64,000 nucleotides of DNA, from the NCBI GenBank assembly GCA_022648295.1, contig JALCME010000018.1, positions 36,626-100,625 of the forward strand. The letters run 5' to 3'. Position 1 is the stretch's first letter. The number at the start of each line of letters is the position of its first letter. Source of the stretch: Bacteroides sp. (lineage in GTDB: Bacteria > Bacteroidota > Bacteroidia > Bacteroidales > Bacteroidaceae). Positions 10,183 to 19,775 of the stretch are shown one piece after another. The notes beneath the pieces are model-generated. The model made no database searches and was not told the DNA's origin. It saw only the letters and a list, made by a program, of their open reading frames with translations. A program made the position numbers and the translations under genes.

Positions 10183-11490
10183 ATGGAACGGACAGAGATC
10201 GATCAAATCATAGCATTACTAAAACACGAAGTTGTTCCCGCTATTGGATGCACAGAACCCATTTGCGTGGCGCTCAGTGTGGCCAGAGCAACAGAAGCTT
10301 TAGGCTCAAAACCGGAACAAATCGAGGTAAAACTGAGCGCTAACATCCTTAAAAATGCGATGGGCGTAGGCATACCCGGAACGGGAATGGTGGGACTACC
10401 CATAGCCATTGCATTAGGGGCACTGATTGGAAAGTCCGCCGACAAACTGGAGATACTTAAAACCTGTACACCGGAGTCTGTTGAAGCAGGCAAAAAGTAC
10501 ATTGCAGAGCAACGCATAAAGATCAGTCTGAAAAAAGACATTAAAGATAAATTATACAGCGAAGCCATCTGCACCACAGGAGATAAAAAAGGGATTGCCA
10601 TTATAGCAGGAGATCACACCAACTTTGTCTACGTAGCGGATACGGAGAAAGTCCTGATCGACCATCTGGATAAAGAATCGGCATCAGACGAAGACACAGT
10701 AGGAGAAGGTGAACTTCATCTCAACATGCGAAAGGTCTACGATTTTGCAATGTCATGTCCGCTGCAAGATATTGAATTCATTTTGGAAAGCCGCAAACTC
10801 AACATGAGAGCCGCAGCAAACGGATTGAAGGAAAGCTACGGGCATGAATTGGGAAAAACATTGAGCAGACCTTTGGGCAGAGGCATACTTGGCGAAAACA
10901 TTTTTTCCCATATTTTATCAAGCACTTCTTCCGCCTGCGACGCCCGGATGGGAGGAGCTCTTATACCGGTAATGAGCAATTCAGGCAGCGGCAATCAAGG
11001 CATATGCGCCACCAATCCGGTTGCTGTATTTGCAGAAGAGAATCACAATACGGAAGAAGAATTAATACGCGGGCTGGTTCTGAGCCATCTTACAGCTGTT
11101 TATATCAAGCAAAGCCTAGGACCGCTTTCTGCTCTTTGCGGTTGTGTTGTAGCTTCCACAGGATCGAGTTGTGGCATTACCTACTTGATGGGGGGAAGCT
11201 ATCAGCAAATAACTTATGCGGTAAAGAACATGATCGCCAACCTCACCGGAATGATCTGTGATGGTGCAAAACCGAGTTGTGCATTGAAAGTAACTTCCGG
11301 TGTATCCACCGCCGTTCTTTCGGCTATGTTAGCCATGCAGCAGAAGTATGTTACTGCTGTGGAAGGCATTATCGATGAAGACGTGGATATCAGCATTCAC
11401 AATCTAACCTCCATTGGGATGGACGCAATGAACGAAACAGATAAAATGGTATTAGATATCATGACTCACAAGAAGCTTGCTTCAGAATAA
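10183..11490 (+). CDS. cyuA: UPF0597/YhaM-family L-cysteine desulfidase-like protein
   Basis: 435 aa. The N-terminus VPAIGCTEPICVALSVA...GVGIPGTGMVGLPIAIALGALIG aligns by eye with E. coli YhaM (CyuA) and the length is similar. Confidence 0.8.
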   Translation: MERTEIDQIIALLKHEVVPAIGCTEPICVALSVARATEALGSKPEQIEVKLSANILKNAMGVGIPGTGMVGLPIAIALGALIGKSADKLEILKTCTPESVEAGKKYIAEQRIKISLKKDIKDKLYSEAICTTGDKKGIAIIAGDHTNFVYVADTEKVLIDHLDKESASDEDTVGEGELHLNMRKVYDFAMSCPLQDIEFILESRKLNMRAAANGLKESYGHELGKTLSRPLGRGILGENIFSHILSSTSSACDARMGGALIPVMSNSGSGNQGICATNPVAVFAEENHNTEEELIRGLVLSHLTAVYIKQSLGPLSALCGCVVASTGSSCGITYLMGGSYQQITYAVKNMIANLTGMICDGAKPSCALKVTSGVSTAVLSAMLAMQQKYVTAVEGIIDEDVDISIHNLTSIGMDAMNETDKMVLDIMTHKKLASE

Positions 11491-11548
11491 ACAAACAAAA
11501 TTGCCAATTTCAGCATTAAAACCATCTATTAGTTGATGCTGAAGAAAG

Positions 11549-11602
11549 AATCCTCTTATTCTTCTCTCCCGGTTACACGGTACAGAGAAAAATAAGAGGA
11601 TT
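11549..11602. repeat. 12-bp inverted repeat (aatcctcttatt / aataagaggatt) with 30-nt spacer between convergent genes
   Basis: Read directly from the sequence. It could form a stem-loop that ends the cyuA-like or trxB transcripts. There is no clean U-tract. Confidence 0.5.
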
Positions 11603-11633
11603 TTCAGTTTTATAAGTCAGAACCCCTTTTAAT

Positions 11634-11734
11634 ACATCTTACCCACATCATAAGTTCTATAACAGGGACTATGCCGGTAACTTATGGTTTGGTACGTTTC
11701 AACATCTTACCCACATCATAAGTTCTATAACAGG
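11634..11734. repeat. 33-bp perfect direct repeat x2 (acatcttacccacatcataagttctataacagg), period 68 bp
   Basis: The copies at 11634-11666 and 11702-11734 are identical. The first unit also contains an 8-12 bp hairpin (cataagtt ... aacttatg). Confidence 0.9.
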
Positions 11735-11768
11735 AGTATTTTTGTATTGGAGTATACACCTACCTTAA

Positions 11769-12725
11769 TTATTCCTTTGGAAGCAAACCTTTTGCAGAAA
11801 GATACCGTTCTGCTTCAATAGCCGCCTTACAACCGCTACCGGCAGCCGTAATCGCCTGTCTGTAATGCGGGTCGGCAACATCACCGGCAGCAAAAACACC
11901 CGGAACTTTAGTCCGCGGACTGTCACCTTCTGTAATGATATAGCCTATTTCATCCGTATCAAGATACGGCTTGAAGATATCAGAATTTGGCTTATGCCCA
12001 ATAGCAAGGAAAAAGCCATCTACCGGCAAGTCGTAATGCTTTTCATCTACTTCACCTTTACGCTTCACCAAATGAACACCTTCAACTCCATTTGTACCAT
12101 AAAGACCTTCTGCATTATGTTCAAAAAGGACTTCAATCTTCTCATGGTTCATCACACGCTCCTGCATAATCTTGGAAGCACGCAGAAATGGCTTACGTAC
12201 CAACAAATAAACTTTAGACGCCAATCCGGCTAAATAGATAGCCTCTTCGCATGCGGTATCTCCACCACCAACAACGGCAACCGTCTTCTTACGATAGAAA
12301 AAACCGTCACAAGTGGCACAGGCACTGACACCCATACCGGCATACTTCTTTTCATCTTCCAAACCCAGATACTTGGCGGTAGCACCCGTTGAAATAATCA
12401 CGGTATCAGCTTCCAGGACCTTCTCCTCATCAATCGTTATCTTGTATGGAGCTTTGCTCAAATCAGCAGCCGTAGCAATGCCGAAACGCAAATTCGCACC
12501 GAAACGTTCGGCTTGTTTCTGCAAGTCTTCCATGAGCTTGGGACCGTCAATACCTTCGGGATAACCGGGAAAGTTTTCCACCTCAGTGGTGGTAGTCAAC
12601 TGTCCGCCGGGCTGTAAACCCTGATACAATACCGGTGAAAGATTAGCTCTTCCGGCGTAGATCGCTGCGGTATAACCGGCAGGACCAGAACCTATAATCA
12701 GGCATTTTACCTTTTCAATTTCCAT
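11769..12725 (-). CDS. trxB: Thioredoxin-disulfide reductase
   Basis: 318 aa. FAD motif GSGPAGYTAA, redox-active CATCDG and NADPH motif GGGDTACEEA. Confidence 0.95.
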   Translation of the reverse strand: MEIEKVKCLIIGSGPAGYTAAIYAGRANLSPVLYQGLQPGGQLTTTTEVENFPGYPEGIDGPKLMEDLQKQAERFGANLRFGIATAADLSKAPYKITIDEEKVLEADTVIISTGATAKYLGLEDEKKYAGMGVSACATCDGFFYRKKTVAVVGGGDTACEEAIYLAGLASKVYLLVRKPFLRASKIMQERVMNHEKIEVLFEHNAEGLYGTNGVEGVHLVKRKGEVDEKHYDLPVDGFFLAIGHKPNSDIFKPYLDTDEIGYIITEGDSPRTKVPGVFAAGDVADPHYRQAITAAGSGCKAAIEAERYLSAKGLLPKE

Positions 12726-12748
12726 ATATTCTTTTTTTTATATTGATA

Positions 12749-13420
12749 CTATCTTAAATCTATCACTTCCGCTGTGGGATATTCCTTCTTATCAAAAGAA
12801 AAAATCCCGTCGGCATACGGCTGTCCGGTACGATAGGATTGGATACGAATAACGACATTTCCCCCACCCCGCTGCGTCATACTGACACATAAAGGTTGCC
12901 ATGTCGCCTTTTCGACATAAAGAACAATGCACGCCAAATCCTGCTTCTTACCGGAAGCAGTCAATATCACTTCATAAGCCGGTTTACCGCGATACATTTC
13001 CGTTTTACCTAACTTCAATTTATATCCCTGCTTATAGATGGACAACAAGGTATAAGGATTTATGCTTTGCAACTCTTCGGGCGTCGGCTCACTCAAATTG
13101 ACTTCGTTACTGCTTTCGAGATAACTCCATTGGGTATGACCATTAAACCATGTCTTCATCCCTTCCGCCTCTAACAAGAATTTTTCCCCCTTAAGCTGTA
13201 TGGAACCATTGGAGCTGTCTTGCAATTTTTTATTCAGAAAAGTTTGGGCTACAAAGTCCGCACGCACCCCACCCGACTGGCGGAAAGTTTCGGCGGTCTT
13301 GTCCAGTACCGTTTTGGCATCAATCTGTCCTGCATAGGCAGGAAGCCCCAAAGCAAACAAACACAGATAAAAAAGAACCCGAACAACATCCGGTTTCACC
13401 GATTTATAAAACGTCATCAT
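12749..13420 (-). CDS. lolA: LolA-like outer-membrane lipoprotein carrier protein
   Basis: 223 aa with a signal peptide (LFYLCLFALGLPAYA). It sits in the conserved Bacteroidales position between ftsK and trxB. The assignment rests mainly on size and synteny. Confidence 0.65.
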   Translation of the reverse strand: MMTFYKSVKPDVVRVLFYLCLFALGLPAYAGQIDAKTVLDKTAETFRQSGGVRADFVAQTFLNKKLQDSSNGSIQLKGEKFLLEAEGMKTWFNGHTQWSYLESSNEVNLSEPTPEELQSINPYTLLSIYKQGYKLKLGKTEMYRGKPAYEVILTASGKKQDLACIVLYVEKATWQPLCVSMTQRGGGNVVIRIQSYRTGQPYADGIFSFDKKEYPTAEVIDLR

Positions 13421-13454
13421 ACCAATTCTATGTCACATTTACTAAAAACGTAAG

Positions 13455-15974
13455 TTATTGCAAATTGTTCAAGCGCATCTCCAGATCACTTTCGTCTACA
13501 CAAAGCACTTCGCGCGGCTTGCTTCCCTGTGTCGATCCCACAATTCCCGCCTTCTCAAGTTGATCCATGATACGCCCGGCTCTGTTATACCCGATGGCAA
13601 ACTTTCGCTGAATCAGGGAAGTAGATCCTTGTTGATGAATCACGATCAAACGGGCGGCATCTTCAAACAGCGGATCAATCCGTCCCAAATCCACATCACT
13701 CAAATCGGAACCGCTCTCCTCGCTTACATATTCAGGCAGGAAGAACGCGGTGGGATAACCTTGTTGCTTGGCTATATAATGTGTGATTTCCGCAACTTCC
13801 GGCGTATCAATGAAGGCACATTGCACACGCACGGGATCAGCTCCCTGCAGGAAGAGCATATCACCACGACCGATAAGCTGATTGGCTCCGGGACGGTCTA
13901 AAATGGTACGCGAGTCCATCATGGACGATACCCTGAATGCCACACGGGCGGGGAAGTTCGCCTTGATCGTTCCCGTTATAATATTCGTCGTCGGACGCTG
14001 GGTTGCTATAATCATATGAATACCCACCGCACGCGCCAACTGGGCGATGCGCGCAATAGGCAACTCTATTTCTTTACCCGCTGTCATAATCAAATCCCCG
14101 AACTCATCGATGATCACCACAATATAGGGCATGAATTTATGTCCTTTTTCGGGATTGAGCTGACGGTTGATAAACTTCTCGTTATATTCCTTAATGTTAC
14201 GTACATGGGCTGCTTTCAACAAATCGTAACGGGTATCCATCTCCACACAAACCGAGTTCAGCGTTTGTACCACCTTGGTCACATCCGTAATGATGGCATC
14301 GCCTCCGTCAGGCAGTTTGGCAAGGAAATGATGTTCGATGACAGAATAGATGCTGAACTCCACTTTCTTAGGATCGACCAATACGAACTTCAATTCGGCA
14401 GGATGCTTTTTATAAAGCAAAGAGGTGATAATCGCATTCAATCCCACTGACTTACCCTGTCCCGTTGCACCGGCAACCAACACATGGGGCATTTTACACA
14501 AATCCACCATAAAGACCTCATTGGTGATAGTCTTACCCAAAGCGATAGGCAAATCATACGTGGATTCCTGAAACTTCTTACTCCCGATAATGCTCTGACC
14601 CGATACTATCTTCGGATTGGAGTTGGGGACTTCAATACCAATAGTTCCTTTACCGGGAATCGGGGCTATGATACGGATACCCAATGCCGAAAGACTAAGG
14701 GCTATATCATCTTCCAATCCGCGTATTTTGGAAATACGGACACCCTGTTCGGGCGTGATTTCGTACAACGTCACCGTAGGACCTACTGTTGCTTTTATCG
14801 TACTGATCTCAATACCGAAACTACGCAAGGTATTGATAATTTTATCCTTATTAGCATTCTGTTCCGCCATGTCAATCGTTGGTTCGGCATTATCATAATG
14901 CTTCATCAAATTGATTGTGGGGAAATGATAACTCTCCAAATCCAGACGCGGATTATACGGTTCTTTAATAGGACCGTGATACTCCTCTTCTTCGGCACTC
15001 TCCACTTCAAACGTAGGTTCCGCCGGCTTATCCAATGCAGGGGCAGGGGTTACAAGTTCAGGCTTGGGAGCTTCTACGGTAAGTGGCACCGCACCACCGG
15101 CAGTCTTTGCAGGTATATTATTAGCGGATGTATTCCCCAAATCAAGCATCACGCCGTTCTGAGGTTCATCCTCTGCAGGATCATCTTCATCAGAATCGCT
15201 TTCGTCTTCTTCCTTTTCCTTCCCCTTTGCATCTGCCGCGGGAATTTCGTTTGTCTTCAAAGGAGCTTTACCTTTCGCCGTCCACGAATCGGTAAACTCT
15301 TCGGGAATATCTCCTTCCGCCTTTTCTTCTTTCTTACTCTTCCGGTTCAAGAAGCCAAGGCTCAAGATCTTCCGCAACCAAATAATGGTACGCGCACTCA
15401 AATAAATCAAAAAACAAATGGCTGTTACCAACAGAATCATCCATACCCCCGGCACACCAACCTGTGACGTTAACCACCGGCTCACATTGTATCCGTGCAT
15501 CCCCCCCAGATAGAGGAACGAGTCTTTATACTGGTCTACAAAGGTAAAACCGAAAAAGACGGAGAACCAAATTAAAAGTAAAGAACAACCGATAAACCAC
15601 TTCCACAGGCGGAATGGATGCACCTTCATCAGCTTCAGTCCCATAACCGCGAGAAATACGAGAATGAAGAACGAAGAGACACCGAAACAGTCGTTAATCA
15701 AATAGCTTGCCAACTGTGCACCCCGTGAACCGGCATAATTCCTCACTCCATTGTTCGTCGAAGACAACACTTGTGTATTCCCCGAGTCAATGATGCTCTG
15801 ATCCGCCGCTCCCGTAAAGAAAAACGAAGAAAAAGCCAGTAACAGATAAACAGAAAAGATGACCAGTACCAAACCAATGACGAAATGAATGGTCTCATTT
15901 TTAAAAAGAGCGGCTATCTTTCCAAAAAAGGAAAGGGACTCTTCGGTATCTTTGGGCGTATTTTTCTTTGCCAT
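13455..15974 (-). CDS. ftsK: FtsK/SpoIIIE DNA translocase
   Basis: 839 aa. N-terminal TM helices, an acidic/Pro-rich linker, Walker A GATGQGKS, Walker B VVIIDEFGDL and a C-terminal gamma (winged-helix) domain (..LIQRKFAIGYNRAGRIMDQLE..). Confidence 0.95.
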   Translation of the reverse strand: MAKKNTPKDTEESLSFFGKIAALFKNETIHFVIGLVLVIFSVYLLLAFSSFFFTGAADQSIIDSGNTQVLSSTNNGVRNYAGSRGAQLASYLINDCFGVSSFFILVFLAVMGLKLMKVHPFRLWKWFIGCSLLLIWFSVFFGFTFVDQYKDSFLYLGGMHGYNVSRWLTSQVGVPGVWMILLVTAICFLIYLSARTIIWLRKILSLGFLNRKSKKEEKAEGDIPEEFTDSWTAKGKAPLKTNEIPAADAKGKEKEEDESDSDEDDPAEDEPQNGVMLDLGNTSANNIPAKTAGGAVPLTVEAPKPELVTPAPALDKPAEPTFEVESAEEEEYHGPIKEPYNPRLDLESYHFPTINLMKHYDNAEPTIDMAEQNANKDKIINTLRSFGIEISTIKATVGPTVTLYEITPEQGVRISKIRGLEDDIALSLSALGIRIIAPIPGKGTIGIEVPNSNPKIVSGQSIIGSKKFQESTYDLPIALGKTITNEVFMVDLCKMPHVLVAGATGQGKSVGLNAIITSLLYKKHPAELKFVLVDPKKVEFSIYSVIEHHFLAKLPDGGDAIITDVTKVVQTLNSVCVEMDTRYDLLKAAHVRNIKEYNEKFINRQLNPEKGHKFMPYIVVIIDEFGDLIMTAGKEIELPIARIAQLARAVGIHMIIATQRPTTNIITGTIKANFPARVAFRVSSMMDSRTILDRPGANQLIGRGDMLFLQGADPVRVQCAFIDTPEVAEITHYIAKQQGYPTAFFLPEYVSEESGSDLSDVDLGRIDPLFEDAARLIVIHQQGSTSLIQRKFAIGYNRAGRIMDQLEKAGIVGSTQGSKPREVLCVDESDLEMRLNNLQ

Positions 15975-16009
15975 GTATGGAACTTCTTTTTAGATATTGA
16001 TGATTGGTG

Positions 16010-16017
16010 CAAAAGTA
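16010..16017 (-). promoter_or_regulatory. -7 promoter box TACTTTTG for ftsK operon
   Basis: The reverse complement of caaaagta matches TAnnTTTG, 36 bp upstream of ATG 15974. Confidence 0.5.
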
Positions 16018-16242
16018 ATAAAAAAGTGCTTTCTTACGTCTCTTTCCAAACATTTGCACCGGAAATTTATTTAGAATCACACTTCAGAAGAGACACTCTC
16101 TACCCAGTGTTTTTCACTCATTCTACTTACACACTTGCACTTTCGTATCTAACTATCTGATAGACAGAAAAGAAAAGAGTGGTGGCAGCAAAAAAAAGAG
16201 GAGTGCAAGCAAATTTACCTACACTTTTCCTGCATCACCCTG

Positions 16243-16863
16243 TCAAAGGGATGAGCCGTCAGTCTTCAAGACATAAACCGGTTGTCTCTGCAACCCCCTG
16301 TTCTCCAGCTTTCCTTCATTGCATAGACGCAGGATATGCCGTGAAGCCGTGGTACGTGTCATATCACAAAGCGATTGCAAGTCGCTTCGCGTTATAAAAT
16401 CGTGCGTCTCCAAAAACTTCACAACCCGCTTATCAATCTCCTCCGCAGTCAGTTTTCCCTGCGAAAGGTTTCTCTGTTTCAGCGGTTTCACCTTAATCAC
16501 TCCTATCTCGCTCCGCAGGCCCTTATCCATACGGAAGCTTACGTCCTTCAGTTCCACATAGGTGCTTTTCCGTCTGGTGTTGACGGTCACTTTATCGCTG
16601 CAAGTCAGCGTAGGATAAAAGTAGCCGATACCATCCAGATGCACCCGCCGCCCCTCGCGCAATTCCCGTCCCAGATAATGGGACAGTGCGTCAAGTACGG
16701 CGACAACATCTGTCTCGGTCAACGAGCAAGCCTCTTGAATATATCGCTTCAGTTCGGTGGTGGTTGTGGAGCCATTCAGTCGGATTCTCGGATGCAGGGT
16801 TTGCTCCTCATCCTGCTTGTCCGTTGGTTTCGGGTTTTCGTACCAATCGAATAATATTGCCAT
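16243..16863 (-). CDS. HU-HIG-type (HU-like domain fused to winged HTH) DNA-binding protein
   Basis: 206 aa. The N-terminal MAILFDWYENP...LHPRIRLNGSTTTTELKRYIQEACSLTETDVVAVLDALSHYLGRELREGRRVHLDGIGYFYPTL is the Bacteroidales HU-like fold. The C-terminal FITRSDLQSLCDMTRTTASRHILRLCNEGKL is wHTH-like. Confidence 0.75.
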   Translation of the reverse strand: MAILFDWYENPKPTDKQDEEQTLHPRIRLNGSTTTTELKRYIQEACSLTETDVVAVLDALSHYLGRELREGRRVHLDGIGYFYPTLTCSDKVTVNTRRKSTYVELKDVSFRMDKGLRSEIGVIKVKPLKQRNLSQGKLTAEEIDKRVVKFLETHDFITRSDLQSLCDMTRTTASRHILRLCNEGKLENRGLQRQPVYVLKTDGSSL

Positions 16864-16967
16864 AGTTCTTTGATTTAAAAGCCTGTTCTCTATCCCATTA
16901 AAAAACAGGTTTTCCTTTGGTTTATGCCTTACATTTCTTTTGTAAACACCTCATCTACTATCTATGC

Positions 16968-17055
16968 CCACAGTTGTGAAGCAGCTTTTCCACAGCTATG
17001 AGGAAGCTTCTCCACGGCTGTGAAAAAGTTGTTCCACTGCCGTGGGTTACACATC
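16968..17055. repeat. Four tandem, degenerate 22-bp repeats with a CCAC(A/G/T)G(C/T)nnTG core
   Basis: Cores start at 16968, 16990, 17012 and 17034, so the period is exactly 22 bp. The units are ccacagttgtgaagcagctttt, ccacagctatgaggaagcttct, ccacggctgtgaaaaagttgtt and ccactgccgtgggttacacatc. A period of 22 is not a multiple of 3, so they are non-coding. Confidence 0.85.
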
Positions 17056-17065
17056 AGTGTACGTG

Positions 17066-17073
17066 CAAAAGTA
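17066..17073 (-). promoter_or_regulatory. -7 promoter box TACTTTTG upstream of the 22-bp repeat array and HU-HIG gene
   Basis: The reverse complement of caaaagta. It would place the 22-bp repeats inside a ~195-nt 5' leader of the HU-HIG gene. Confidence 0.4.
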
Positions 17074-17257
17074 AAAGAATATATAGACAAAAGCAAAGAA
17101 ATATAGGTGTTTTTTAAGAAAAGTCCAAAGCTATCCAGCTGTATCCGATACTTATTACAATCAATTACTGTGCACTTAATAAACCATTCCGATATGTATC
17201 TTTTCCGTATATTTAATAAATAATTATAAAAATCCGCTAAAAGTCTATTTTATTTCG

Positions 17258-17265
17258 TATCTTTG
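17258..17265 (+). promoter_or_regulatory. -7 promoter box TATCTTTG
   Basis: Matches TAnnTTTG, ~180 nt upstream of the NMO-family gene. A second box, TATTTTTG, lies at 17427-17434. Confidence 0.4.
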
Positions 17266-17443
17266 CAGTCGGAACAGTCGGGTTTTTATTGAAATCTTTC
17301 TTTTCAATGTTTTTGCTCCGCCCTTATCCTGCGGATCTCTACCATCGTCAAAATCGACATCAAAATCAACAGATTTGTTTATAGTAACAATCAGTCGCGA
17401 AAATGTGTAATACTATTATCGTGACATATTTTTGCAAATAATT

Positions 17444-18517
17444 ATGATGAAATCTTTTTTTATTGGTGATAAAGAAATTTGTCTGCCTCTTGTTCAGGGA
17501 GGAATGGGTGTAGGGATATCACTTTCAGGATTGGCCTCAGCGGTAGCGAATGAAGGTGGAATAGGTGTTATATCATGCGCCGGTTTGGGACTACTCTATA
17601 AAGGACATGGCAATTTCTTCCAAAACTGTATATGGGGATTGAAGGAGGAATTGCGTTTGGCTAAAGAAAAAACAAAGGGAGTGATAGGAGTGAACATTAT
17701 GGTGGCTTTAACGAACTTTGCAGATATGGTGCGTACTGCAATAGCAGGCAAGGCCGACTTGATATTTGCCGGTGCCGGGCTTCCTCTGGATCTGCCTTCC
17801 TATCAAACCCCCGAGAGTAAAACAAAACTGGTGCCTATTGTTTCATCGGCACGTGCGGCTAAAGTGATTTGTGAAAGATGGTATAATAGCTACCAGTATC
17901 TACCGGATGCTATTGTTGTGGAAGGACCGAAAGCGGGAGGACATCTCGGTTTTAAGAAAGAACAGATCTTTGACGAATCATTCTCTTTAGAAAATATTCT
18001 GCCCGAAGTCGTAAAAGTGGCACAAAGATATAAAGAGAAAAAAAACATACCGGTGATAGCAGCCGGTGGCATATCATCGGGGGAAGATATTTACCGTTTT
18101 ATAAAGATGGGGGCTTCGGGTGTACAAATGGGCACCCTGTTTATTACTACCACAGAGTGCGATGCCGCCGAGAATTTTAAACAAACTTACATTAATGCCC
18201 GGAAAGAAGATATTCAAATTATAAATAGCCCGGTAGGCATGCCCGGACGTGCCATTAAAGGGGATTTTTTGAGACGGGTGGAAGCTGGATTGGAAGTCCC
18301 AGACAATTGCTTTGTGCATTGCATAAAAAGTTGCGATTACAAGAATAGTCCTTATTGCATCATAAAAGCATTGTATAATGCCGCGCGGGGAAATATGGAT
18401 AAAGGGTTTGCCTTCACCGGAGTCAATGCACCTCTCGCAAAAAAAATAAGTAGTGTAAAGGAAATTATTACCAGACTTAAACAGGAATTTGATTTTACTC
18501 AAAAGGCTGACTCATAG
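17444..18517 (+). CDS. Nitronate monooxygenase (NMO/2-nitropropane dioxygenase)-family FMN oxidoreductase, FabK-like
   Basis: The track ORF starts on TTG at 17432 and the first ATG is at 17444. The TIM-barrel FMN pattern is LVQGGMGVGIS...VEGPKAGGHLG...IPVIAAGGI..G. Confidence 0.8.
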   Translation: MMKSFFIGDKEICLPLVQGGMGVGISLSGLASAVANEGGIGVISCAGLGLLYKGHGNFFQNCIWGLKEELRLAKEKTKGVIGVNIMVALTNFADMVRTAIAGKADLIFAGAGLPLDLPSYQTPESKTKLVPIVSSARAAKVICERWYNSYQYLPDAIVVEGPKAGGHLGFKKEQIFDESFSLENILPEVVKVAQRYKEKKNIPVIAAGGISSGEDIYRFIKMGASGVQMGTLFITTTECDAAENFKQTYINARKEDIQIINSPVGMPGRAIKGDFLRRVEAGLEVPDNCFVHCIKSCDYKNSPYCIIKALYNAARGNMDKGFAFTGVNAPLAKKISSVKEIITRLKQEFDFTQKADS

Positions 18518-18587
18518 CTGGTTGTTTTATATCTGATGTTCAGATTTACTCAAATAAAGAAACTGCTGATATAGCAGTTCTAAAATT

Positions 18588-19703
18588 ATGACATTTAAAG
18601 AATTGAATATTTCAGAGCCCATATTCAGGGCTCTGAGCGAAAAAGGGTATGTAAGTCCCACCCCTATACAGGAGCAGGCCATACCATTAGTTTTAAACAA
18701 AAAAGATGTATTGGGCTTAGCTCAGACAGGCACAGGCAAGACTGCTGCTTTTTCCATCCCGATTATCCAACAACTCTATTTGACAAGAGAAAAAGGACAG
18801 CAAAGGAAAGTTAAAGCTTTGATTCTTGCACCGACCCGTGAACTTGCCATCCAGATAGATGAATGTATTAAAGAATACACCATATACACAGGGCTACGTC
18901 ATACAACAATTTACGGAGGCGTAAAACAGAATGCACAGGTAAATGCCTTGAAAGCAGGCGTTGATATTCTTGTAGCTACTCCCGGACGGTTACTCGACTT
19001 ACTAAGTCAGGGGTATGTCAATCTGAATTCGGTCCGCCACTTTGTGCTGGATGAAGCCGACAGGATGCTGGATATGGGCTTTGTTCATGACATTAAGCGA
19101 TTATTGCCTCTGATGCCAAAAGAAAAACAAAGTTTGTTGTTCTCTGCAACCATGCCCCGGACAATAGCATCACTGTCACAAACTATTCTGCATAATCCCG
19201 TCAAAGTGGAAGTCACACCGGCTTCATCAGTGGTTGATACAGTAGAACAGTATATTTATTTTGTGGAGAAGAATGATAAAAAGGATCTACTAATAGACTT
19301 ATTGGCAAAAGAAAAAGAGCAATCTGTGCTAGTGTTTTCCAGAACCAAACATGGAGCTGATAAAATTGCCAAGCAACTTTGTAAAGTGGGGATCAGTAGT
19401 GAGGCCATCCATGGCAATAAATCGCAGAATGCCAGACAACGTGCCCTCAACGATTTCAAATCGAATAAAATCCGCGTGCTGATAGCAACAGACATAGCTG
19501 CACGAGGAATAGATATAGATAGATTGGAACTGGTGATAAACTATGATTTACCGGAAGTACCGGAAATGTACGTACACCGTATTGGCCGTACAGGAAGGGC
19601 TGGCAATACAGGCACAGCACTAACGTTTTGCGCCGAAGACGAGAAAATAATGTTGAAAGATATTCAGAAACTTACCGGAAAAAGATTTCATATAGCAAGT
19701 TAA
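18588..19703 (+). CDS. DEAD-box ATP-dependent RNA helicase (RhlE-like, short form)
   Basis: Q-motif region, AQTGTGKT, PTRELA, VLDEADRMLDMGF, SAT and HRIGRTGRAG are all present. 371 aa. Confidence 0.93.
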   Translation: MTFKELNISEPIFRALSEKGYVSPTPIQEQAIPLVLNKKDVLGLAQTGTGKTAAFSIPIIQQLYLTREKGQQRKVKALILAPTRELAIQIDECIKEYTIYTGLRHTTIYGGVKQNAQVNALKAGVDILVATPGRLLDLLSQGYVNLNSVRHFVLDEADRMLDMGFVHDIKRLLPLMPKEKQSLLFSATMPRTIASLSQTILHNPVKVEVTPASSVVDTVEQYIYFVEKNDKKDLLIDLLAKEKEQSVLVFSRTKHGADKIAKQLCKVGISSEAIHGNKSQNARQRALNDFKSNKIRVLIATDIAARGIDIDRLELVINYDLPEVPEMYVHRIGRTGRAGNTGTALTFCAEDEKIMLKDIQKLTGKRFHIAS

Positions 19704-19737
19704 GAAGCCTATACTTATTCTTTAGAAAATAGAATTA

Positions 19738-19775
19738 AAGCGGTTGTCTCATAATGAGGCAACCGCTTTTCTTTT
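19738..19775 (+). terminator. Rho-independent terminator after the helicase gene
   Basis: A 13-bp stem (aagcggttgtctc / gaggcaaccgctt, with one G-U pair), the loop ataat, then ttcttttg. Confidence 0.8.

Noticed and set aside
16179-16854. + strand ORFs 16179..16397, 16319..16561 and 16375..16854 opposite the HU-HIG gene
   Set aside because: They are antisense to a well-supported CDS. Their composition is biased (R/S/L-rich) and they have no start-site context.
16923-17000. 25-codon ORF (MPYISFVNTSSTIYAHSCEAAFPQL) running through the 22-bp repeats
   Set aside because: The repeat period (22) is not a multiple of three, so the repeats are read in shifting frames. This is more consistent with non-coding repeats than with a peptide.
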